Source: a virus
Lineage: Duplodnaviria; Caudoviricetes
Length of the DNA stretch: 64,000 bases
Strand: one strand, 5' to 3'
Virus record (IMG/VR): IMGVR_UViG_3300044796_000401
The translations under genes and the position numbers were made by a program. Positions 1 to 6,833 of the stretch are shown here, in pieces. Position 1 is the first letter of the stretch, and each line of letters opens with the position of its first letter. The notes under the pieces are model-generated. The model ran no database searches. It worked only from the letters and a program-made list of their open reading frames with translations, and was not told the DNA's origin.

Positions 1-78
1 GCGAGGGAGCCACAGTTTACGGACAACACGGGCCACCTCAGGGAGTCGGGCCTGATTGTGCCTAGTTGGCGAACAAAA

Positions 79-261
79 TTATTTCCGAGCGGCGGCTGAC
101 ACCGTGAGCTCGCTTTCGATGCATTGGATGTCAGATCGCAGTTGCCCCAGCGACGGCGCTGTTTTGTCGCCGTTCAGCTTAGCTAGCTGCTCGGCGTAAA
201 AATCCTTCAGCTTGCGGAGCCCCCGCGAGTTTTTCAACTCGGTTGGAATCGCGTTTTGCAT
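79..261 (-). CDS. hypothetical 60-aa protein (MQNAIPTELK...)
   Basis: Part of ORF 79..324. ATG at 261 is preferred because GGAAGGA (285-291) lies upstream, separated from the ATG by a hairpin. Confidence 0.55.
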   Translation of the reverse strand: MQNAIPTELKNSRGLRKLKDFYAEQLAKLNGDKTAPSLGQLRSDIQCIESELTVSAAARK

Positions 262-430
262 AGTCTGACCCGGCGAGCCGGGTCTCCTTCCAACTATGAT
301 GGTACACCCCGGATACGGGGCCAATGCAAGTGATTTTTTGGGTTGAACTTTCTAAGCCGCGATTGGAACCGCGGTCTCCACGGACGTTAATACTGGCGGA
401 ATCGGGCCCTGTTGGCTAGAGGCGGACGAT

Positions 431-874
431 TTAGCTTGTGGGCAGTCGCGGGGTACGGTCCACGAGAATCTTGATGTCCACCGCCATCCCGGTCAAGGTG
501 TCCACCATCTTGTCGGTCTTCTGGTTCAAGGACTCGATTCCCTTCTCGATCCCCGTCAGGTGGTTTTTGTCCAAAGTATCTATCTTGGAGGAGGTTGCTG
601 AGATTTGCTCCTGTAACTCAACGACGGATTTTTCCCCGTGTGCCCTTGCTTCTGCGACTTCTTTCAGGGCGTCCGCCTTGGCGATTTCGATGCCCGCAAG
701 CGTTTTCATCACCAAGTCCCGGTCTGTCTTCTGGTTCGCCACGAAACTGTCAAACGCCCCGCGTGCTTTCCAGACCCACTTCGTGATTAGGATGGTGCAT
801 GCACTCAGCGTCCCCCAGCCGACGATGGGCATGTGATTCGAAATGAAATCTAAAACTGTGGGTTCGTTGAGCAT
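431..874 (-). CDS. membrane-anchored coiled-coil protein (holin/XhlA-like topology possible)
   Basis: Start re-called at M62 of the ORF (MLNEPTVL). One N-terminal hydrophobic helix (MPIVGWGTLSACTILITKWVW) followed by a heptad-rich tail. Confidence 0.55.
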   Translation of the reverse strand: MLNEPTVLDFISNHMPIVGWGTLSACTILITKWVWKARGAFDSFVANQKTDRDLVMKTLAGIEIAKADALKEVAEARAHGEKSVVELQEQISATSSKIDTLDKNHLTGIEKGIESLNQKTDKMVDTLTGMAVDIKILVDRTPRLPTS

Positions 875-932
875 TGTTGGCCTTATCGATCTCTCTGTAA
901 TAGGCTTCCATAGGCATAAAATTCCCACAGAG

Positions 933-3900
933 TTATCTGTGGCGGCCGCCCCTGCGGCTCCACGGGCTCCTCGGGGCCGTGCCGCTCGAATATCCCAGAT
1001 TTGTTGTGAGTTTCTTGGTCCTTTCCATGACCTTGAGGGTCGAAAGCGGGACGCCATCGATGTTCGAGAGCGGTGCCGGGGGCCTGGATTGCTGCTGTTG
1101 CATCAGGAGACCGATGCCCTTGGGGTCCATGTGCACGTTGCCTTCCTTGACGAGCCAGTTCTGGGCGAGCAGGGCGCAAAGCATCGCGGCGTCCGCCATG
1201 TCGTCGTGGGCTCCCTTCTCCATCGGCGCTTGGACGCGAATCCTGTACTTGGACGCCACCTCCAGTTCCACCAATTTCAGTTCCTTGATGAACTTCGGCT
1301 CGTACGGGAACGAGCAGAGCTTGTTCTCGATGTAGCCCCTGAGGGCGTACGCCATCTGCGAGTTGATCGCCGGGGTGATGTTCAGCATCTCGAAGTTGAA
1401 GATGCCGTTCAGTTCGAGAAGCTGGGCAAGCTGCTGACCTCCGTGCTGGTCGGTCGCCCCGCGGAAGCAGGGCAGAATCCTGTTGATGGCCTTCATCCAG
1501 ACGAGGATGTCTTCGAGCGGCAGCACCTTGTAATTTTCGTACCTCTTCTCCCCCGGCGCTTGCGGGATGAACGGCCCCGTGAAATGCTCCCCCACCATCA
1601 TGCGGTCGATGTAGTCATAGATCAGCCTGATGCCGCCCCCGCCGCCGTATTCGAGGTGCGCGATCGCGAGCGCGCTGGCGTCGCAGATCATGCCGAGGTC
1701 GAATCCCCAGAAGTAGTTGCGCCCGAGGTGAAGCTGCGGGATGAAGCTCACGACGTTCAGCCGGGTGCTGCCCTCCGTGGGCAGCCCCGTCTCGTCCCAA
1801 TGGCAGTCCACGCAGGACTTGACCGCGGCTTCCGTGACGTACGACTCGGACGATTCGAGGAACTGCCCGCCGAACTCGGCCCTGAACGTCAGGGGATTCT
1901 TTTCATGGTCGGCCCGCAGGGTCTTGGAAAGGACCTTGTTGTTCATCTCGGCGGTCGAGCAGTTCAAGGTGAAAATCGAGGAGGCGGCACCCTTGGACAA
2001 AGCCAGCTTGTGCAATTCGTACATCTTGCCGACCCGCTTCAGGGGCGAGGAGATGCTGAAGATCATCGAGTCCTGGACGCCGAATTGCCCAGGGAGGCGG
2101 GGAGCCAGAATGTTCTTTTCGTAGACCTGCGCCGAGATGTCCTCCTCAAGAACCTCCTCTTCGTTGTCGGGATCGGCTTCCGGAGGGATGGCTTCCGTCG
2201 TGCCATCGGCATAAATGCGTTCCGTGTGGTGGAAGTCCACGGTCGATGGAGTGGCTGCGGCGTACATGTCCTCCGATGTGCTGCCTTTTTCGGCGCGGAA
2301 ATGGGCGAATTCGTCGAGGGCGAGGAACACGGACGAAGGTCCGCGGACGGCGTTCGTGGAGCAGGGCAGCGACCACACCGTGAGGGTCGGCGTTATGTCC
2401 CGCTTGTGGCGGTCGGCTTCGCAGACAAAGGTCAGTTTCTTGCTGTTGTTGTCCCGGACGAAGGGCTCGAAGAAACTGCAATGGTTCACGCGCTCGCTGA
2501 GCTTCTTGAACAGGCGGTCAGCGCCGGTGTCATCTTGAGCCAAGTAGGTGATGTCTATGGGGGAGCCGGGGACCAAGCCGAAGAATTCCTGCGGCGAGCG
2601 GATGTTCAGAAGGAGGTACAGCTTGAAACAGGTGATGGCGGCGACAAGTTCCGAATTGTGCGTGATATTGAAGTTTTTGCCAAACAAAAACAAACCGTCC
2701 GGGTCTTCGACCGTCAAACAACGCACCATTCGCCTTCCAGCGGGTTCTATAGACACAACGTACCTGTATTTTTGAGTTTTACGCACAGTCACAGAGAGCA
2801 GATTAAGCTTCCTCTGTAGACGAAAAACAGAAGATTCTCCTGTCCATGTTACCCAATATTGCACTTTGTGCTTGGGGTTACGAGGGGGCACCTCTTTCCA
2901 ATAAGGCTTAAGCCCCAAACTTGCTGCTAAATGATACACTCCCTCCGAAAGATTACGTCTCGTGTTGGTGAATGTCACTAATCCTTTTGAGCATCCCCCA
3001 TCTGTATCTAACAAACCCTGCAATAGCGCCTTTCTTTGAGAAGATGAAGCCCAAAGATAATCATTCGGAATATGTTTGTTTCCAAGAACCCCCATTTTTC
3101 GCAACACAACTTTTAACCCGCGGATAGACCAACGATGTTTTCTTTTAGACTTTTTCCAGCTAAACCCGGCACTTACAAAATATTTAAGAATTTCCAAGGC
3201 GTCAGACTCTTCCGCAGCATAATTTCCTCCAGCGCTTTCTCCATCGCCTAACCAACACCCAAAGCAATACGGGTCAAGGGGAAGGTCTTTATCCGGTAGT
3301 TCAACCGCTCTAGGCAGCGGAATCGCATGATTAGAATAATTGCCGACTTTAAGTGTCTGAAAAATTTCTTGGGTTGTTTTTACAGACCCCATCGGTTGAA
3401 GTTTAGTACATAAACCAACTATTTCAGGGCGTGGCGCATACTCATAACCAGCAGCAACCGCCCTTACCCTGCGTTGTTCTCTGCGTGCTTTACGGTGTTC
3501 TGGTGTGCGATAACACGAGGCCATACGGTCAGCCCTAGTAAACGTCAGCCAGCGATGCTCTGGATGGGCCAACACGGATGTGCCGTCGTCGAATGTGACA
3601 CAATATACTTCTGAAACAAACGGCTCGTGGGCGTAAACAACCTTGGTAGGCTTACCGCTGGGAGATAAAACCATGTCCCCGTCCTTGATGTCACCGTTCC
3701 GAACAAACCCATTGGGGGTGGGGATAGGCTCATCCAAAGCGAGGGCCTTCCCCCCACGGCGGCCAGCAAAGACGACCGCTTCGTTGTACCCGCCGTAAGT
3801 CTTGCCGAGGTTCGGGATGTCCCGCCAATCGTCGATGTTGCAGCGGTTTTCGTTGAACGCTATGTGGAGGTACTCTTCCTCCGACACCGTGCGGATGAGC

Positions 3901-4175
3901 TTCTCGCGGAACACGTCCCACATCTGCACCTGGCCCCAGAGCGGGATGCGGTCGGCCCACTCCGGACGCCAATCCAGCGGCACGCCGAAGATGCACTTGG
4001 CGATGACGCGCTGCACGGGGCGCAGGACTATGCCGGTGCCCTGCGGGCCTTCGATGAACTCGACCGCGTTCATCAACTTGCGGTTGATGTCCGTTAGCCC
4101 GGCGCTGATCGCCTTGCCGAAGGCGGAATTCCTCTGCGCTTCCTTGTTGAATATCGAGACCCTGCGTGGCGGCAT
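933..4175 (-). CDS. terL: terminase large subunit, intein-containing
   Basis: Walker A region FAGRRGGK|S, Walker B FLALDEFAHF, coupling motif ISSP, and RNase H-like nuclease motifs WGFDLG and GAHDDMADA. Confidence 0.92.
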   Translation of the reverse strand: MPPRRVSIFNKEAQRNSAFGKAISAGLTDINRKLMNAVEFIEGPQGTGIVLRPVQRVIAKCIFGVPLDWRPEWADRIPLWGQVQMWDVFREKLIRTVSEEEYLHIAFNENRCNIDDWRDIPNLGKTYGGYNEAVVFAGRRGGKALALDEPIPTPNGFVRNGDIKDGDMVLSPSGKPTKVVYAHEPFVSEVYCVTFDDGTSVLAHPEHRWLTFTRADRMASCYRTPEHRKARREQRRVRAVAAGYEYAPRPEIVGLCTKLQPMGSVKTTQEIFQTLKVGNYSNHAIPLPRAVELPDKDLPLDPYCFGCWLGDGESAGGNYAAEESDALEILKYFVSAGFSWKKSKRKHRWSIRGLKVVLRKMGVLGNKHIPNDYLWASSSQRKALLQGLLDTDGGCSKGLVTFTNTRRNLSEGVYHLAASLGLKPYWKEVPPRNPKHKVQYWVTWTGESSVFRLQRKLNLLSVTVRKTQKYRYVVSIEPAGRRMVRCLTVEDPDGLFLFGKNFNITHNSELVAAITCFKLYLLLNIRSPQEFFGLVPGSPIDITYLAQDDTGADRLFKKLSERVNHCSFFEPFVRDNNSKKLTFVCEADRHKRDITPTLTVWSLPCSTNAVRGPSSVFLALDEFAHFRAEKGSTSEDMYAAATPSTVDFHHTERIYADGTTEAIPPEADPDNEEEVLEEDISAQVYEKNILAPRLPGQFGVQDSMIFSISSPLKRVGKMYELHKLALSKGAASSIFTLNCSTAEMNNKVLSKTLRADHEKNPLTFRAEFGGQFLESSESYVTEAAVKSCVDCHWDETGLPTEGSTRLNVVSFIPQLHLGRNYFWGFDLGMICDASALAIAHLEYGGGGGIRLIYDYIDRMMVGEHFTGPFIPQAPGEKRYENYKVLPLEDILVWMKAINRILPCFRGATDQHGGQQLAQLLELNGIFNFEMLNITPAINSQMAYALRGYIENKLCSFPYEPKFIKELKLVELEVASKYRIRVQAPMEKGAHDDMADAAMLCALLAQNWLVKEGNVHMDPKGIGLLMQQQQSRPPAPLSNIDGVPLSTLKVMERTKKLTTNLGYSSGTAPRSPWSRRGGRHR
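2655..3746 (-). mobile_element. intein (364 aa) with LAGLIDADG endonuclease, class 3 signature
   Basis: Begins ALALDEPIPTPNG right after GRRGGK and ends NITHN|S. LAGLIDADG-like motifs GCWLGDG and LQGLLDTDG. AT-richer than the flanking exteins. Confidence 0.93.
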
Positions 4176-4180
4176 GCTTA

Positions 4181-4203
4181 ACCCCTACTTAAAGGGGCGA
4201 AAA
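4181..4203 (-). promoter_or_regulatory. putative phage promoter motif TTTTCGCCCCTTTAAGTAGGGG upstream of terL
   Basis: The 16-mer TTTCGCCCCTTTAAGT (4187-4202) recurs exactly at 19530-19545; both copies lie 9-11 nt before an ATG. Confidence 0.5.
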
Positions 4204-4249
4204 GCGGGGTTATGCGGATTCCATGGAGGCTAGGTACCGCACGTCAGAA

Positions 4250-4512
4250 AGAGTGGAGCCGGGGCGTAGATTCCCGGCTCCTGTTATCGACTCCCCCGGC
4301 TTTGACCCGGCTGAGAACGGGAGTCCATATCTCGGGAAGTGGCTGGTCGGATTTCACATCCCTGTGATCGGCTCGCATCTCTCAGGGGATTTCGCGGGCG
4401 AGCCCATATACTTTTTGTGCTGCCGGGCATTCACCCCGGTTGCATCCCGTGCTGACCCACATGGCGGCGTTACCCGGTGCGATAGGGAATTTCTGGATGC
4501 AGCACAAACTCA
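4250..4512 (-). ncRNA. candidate structured non-coding RNA between the tRNA-like gene and terL
   Basis: No credible ORF. Nested inverted repeats at 4414-4423/4499-4508, 4423-4427/4435-4439, 4370-4376/4398-4404, 4289-4294/4320-4325 and 4255-4263/4273-4281. Confidence 0.5.
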
Positions 4513-4516
4513 AACT

Positions 4517-4626
4517 TGGAACGCGGGGTGAGAATTGAACTCACGACCTCCGTCTTAAATGGACGGTGCTCTGTGGGGCAAAACATTTAGGAGGTGACTT
4601 GCCCCTCTCGACTGAGCTACCCGCAT
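4517..4626 (-). tRNA. atypical tRNA(UUU, Lys-type anticodon) with ~33-nt D-loop insertion and encoded CCA
   Basis: Acceptor ATGCGGG/CCCGCGT plus T-CCA; TA-GCTC...GAGC D stem; anticodon arm CCGTC-CATTTAA-GACGG; variable loop AGGTC; T arm GTGAG-TTCAATT-CTCAC. A33 replaces U33 and the discriminator is U. Confidence 0.8.
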
Positions 4627-4641
4627 ATCGTCTTTTAATGC

Positions 4642-4983
4642 TTAGCTTTTTCCCATCTGCTGCAAAACGTCGGCCGCATGCTTTTGCGCGTCGGCGAATT
4701 CCTGGTCCCAATTGGAAGCCGACGCGATCTTTGCCATCGGATCGTGCCGCTGGAGGCCTGTGCCGCCCGTCTTGACCCTGCGGATGGCCGAAAGCTGGAC
4801 TTCCCCCTCGGGGGAAGCTCCGAGCCCCCGCATGAACGATTCGGGGTATTCGAGCCAGAGGTCCACGACAGCCTCTTCCGTCTCTTCGTTGCAGGCGGCT
4901 TCGAGCGTCCGGTCGAAGTCGTCCACCGTCTCCCGCCATCTATACTGCACAGCTCCTGCCGTCTTCCTGAGCCAGGCTTTCAT
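4642..4983 (-). CDS. hypothetical protein (MKAWLRKTAG...)
   Basis: Start re-called at 4983 (GAGG SD upstream), which removes the overlap with the upstream endonuclease gene. Confidence 0.65.
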   Translation of the reverse strand: MKAWLRKTAGAVQYRWRETVDDFDRTLEAACNEETEEAVVDLWLEYPESFMRGLGASPEGEVQLSAIRRVKTGGTGLQRHDPMAKIASASNWDQEFADAQKHAADVLQQMGKS

Positions 4984-4990
4984 TGTGACC

Positions 4991-6781
4991 TCATAAAGGC
5001 ATTGAATAGCGCCTTTTCCCAGAATCCCATATGCGATACCAACCCCCAACCCTTGCTGCTTGCTTTTCATTAACTCCGGCTTTGACCCGGAATGCATACT
5101 TAGAAACTCGTTTAACCCCATTTGTATATCCGTAATCCGGTCTAAGCTCCTTCTCAAATGTAAATCCAAGCTTTTCATACAGACTTCCTGTATGAAAGCG
5201 GTTGTCGGAAAAAGTCACCATGCGAGTGAACTCCATGGCCTTGAGCGACGGCTTCGCCATGGTTAAAGCCTTTTCATGGGGATTCCAAGCCTTAAACCGG
5301 CAATCCCAGCAAGCTCGGTGCCACAGCACGGTATGAGCTTCGCGTTTCATGAACACCCAGCAACCTACAATCTCTTCTTTGTATTTCGCCACAACAGTAA
5401 GACATCCACTGGCGGCCCCAAGATAATGATTGGCATCCAAAAACCCTCTAGCATCCTTGGGAGTTCCGCGTTCAACCGTGAAAATTGGATTGATGCGTTT
5501 TTTGCTTGTCGGTTTGATCGCATCACAAAGCATACGTTCCATGATATTGCGTTTGTTTTTCCATTCATCAGCGTAAATCTGGATCAGACGGTCTCCACGG
5601 TTCACGGCGATCAAACTCTTATCGTAGTCGGCTTTTGTCCCACTGTATTTTTCCGAGTGCCATATCAGTCCGTGATGCTCAACAGCTAGTTTCTTAGACG
5701 GGATGTAGATGTCATAACTTTTGCGGGTACCCAATATTCGGTAAGTTCCGTTGTACGTACTGGGCTCTAATGATGCCACAAACTTTCTGATTTCCGATTC
5801 GGGGGAAGCGGGACCTTGCCCCTTGCTACAGCCGCAGGAAATTGTTCGCCCCGAAATTATATTGAATAGGTTGGAAACGATTTTACCCCCGCAGTCGCAA
5901 AGCAAGCGTACTTTCTTTGTAACCCCCCATTCCTCGGGGAGAGGTTGGTTGGGGTCTATTTTAAGGCTGCCCCACGATTGGTCTAACCACTCAAATTTAG
6001 GCTTCCAATTGCAGCGACCGCAGGAACTAACGCGTTGATTTACAACATTGTAAATGCTGGTTGATACACTTCGGCCACAATCACAAATGAAACGTAGCGG
6101 TGCTGATCGCCCATCCCCCCACTCGTCCGGCAGGACTTGGTTCCCATCCAACGCTAGTTTTTCCCATCTCTGCTTTAACCAATATGCCTTGGGCTTCCAG
6201 CTACACTTACCGCAGGAGGTGGAGTTGCCTGACACAACCCACGATCCGCGTAGCGTAGAATTCCGGCCACATTGGCATTGAAATTCAAACTTCTTTGCTG
6301 ACATTAGATTGAATACGTCAGGTAAAGGTTGGGTTTTACGCAGAGAGTATTTGCCCCACTTCTGACTCAGCCAGTAGTTTTTTGGACGGTCATTGCAATG
6401 ACCGCAGGAAGCGATTCGTCCCGATTGAACATCAGGCAAATACTTGCGTGTAATACTGCCACAGATGCAGTTGAAGATTAAAAATTTGGCGTGGCTGGGC
6501 GGGAACTCCTTAGGAAGAGGTTGATCCGCTGATAGTTTCAAACTTCCCCAAGCCTGTTCGAGCCAATAAGAGGCTGGCTTACAGGTACATTTGCCACAAG
6601 ATTTGACCTGCCCGCGAGTTAGATTTTTGAACACAGGAGAGAACGATCTACCACAAGAACAGATCGCTGAAAGCTTTTGATGACTGCCCGGCCCCCACTC
6701 ATCTAGTAGATTTTGAGTGGGGTCTAGTCTAACCCCACCCCACAATTGGCCCAGCCAATAATCTTTCAGCATATACACCAA
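4991..6781 (-). CDS. Hef-like PD-(D/E)XK homing endonuclease with five Cys-rich repeats and a C-terminal GNAT-like domain
   Basis: Five ~64-aa repeats W..Q.WG...CxCG...SCGxC, then ESEI...YDIYIPSKKLAVEHHGLIWH (nuclease), then VTFSDNRFHTGSLYEKLGF (GNAT-like). AT-rich. Confidence 0.7.
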   Translation of the reverse strand: MVYMLKDYWLGQLWGGVRLDPTQNLLDEWGPGSHQKLSAICSCGRSFSPVFKNLTRGQVKSCGKCTCKPASYWLEQAWGSLKLSADQPLPKEFPPSHAKFLIFNCICGSITRKYLPDVQSGRIASCGHCNDRPKNYWLSQKWGKYSLRKTQPLPDVFNLMSAKKFEFQCQCGRNSTLRGSWVVSGNSTSCGKCSWKPKAYWLKQRWEKLALDGNQVLPDEWGDGRSAPLRFICDCGRSVSTSIYNVVNQRVSSCGRCNWKPKFEWLDQSWGSLKIDPNQPLPEEWGVTKKVRLLCDCGGKIVSNLFNIISGRTISCGCSKGQGPASPESEIRKFVASLEPSTYNGTYRILGTRKSYDIYIPSKKLAVEHHGLIWHSEKYSGTKADYDKSLIAVNRGDRLIQIYADEWKNKRNIMERMLCDAIKPTSKKRINPIFTVERGTPKDARGFLDANHYLGAASGCLTVVAKYKEEIVGCWVFMKREAHTVLWHRACWDCRFKAWNPHEKALTMAKPSLKAMEFTRMVTFSDNRFHTGSLYEKLGFTFEKELRPDYGYTNGVKRVSKYAFRVKAGVNEKQAARVGGWYRIWDSGKRRYSMPL

Positions 6782-6833
6782 TACTGAAAAGTTCGTATTT
6801 GTATCCGCTTACATTGATCCTGTAAGTTATTGA

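Noticed and set aside
1-78. Hairpin TCAGG...CCTGA at the window edge, a possible structured RNA
   Set aside because: Truncated by the window; too little sequence to support a call.
342-425. T-arm-like hairpin CCGCG-GTTCCAAT-CGCGG suggesting a tRNA
   Set aside because: No acceptor stem, D arm or anticodon arm can be built around it.
843-2819. Long plus-strand ORFs (843..2819, 7536..8777, 16232..18391, 46282..48624, 62109..62846 and similar)
   Set aside because: Antisense shadows of GC3-rich minus-strand genes, with no recognisable motifs and no RBS.
4415-4510. Local resemblance to RNase P RNA (GGTAACGCC, TGCAAC, GGGTGAA)
   Set aside because: The universally conserved P4 halves (GAGGAAAGUCC and the 3' CGGCUUA region) are absent; kept only as an unknown RNA.
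4555-4561. Reading the anticodon loop as TTA (ochre suppressor) to explain the TAA at 44581
   Set aside because: The 5-7-5 geometry places TTT at positions 34-36; TTA needs an out-of-register loop, and many genes here end normally in TAA.
4599-4775. Plus-strand ORF starting at TTG behind AGGAGGTGA
   Set aside because: SD spacing is too short, the start is buried in the stem, the ORF is antisense to a real gene and it has no protein-like features. It remains a weak alternative explanation for the motif.
4296-5090. Exact 15-bp repeat ccggctttgacccgg at 4296-4310 and 5076-5090
   Set aside because: A few 15-mer repeats are expected by chance in 64 kb, and there is no shared context.
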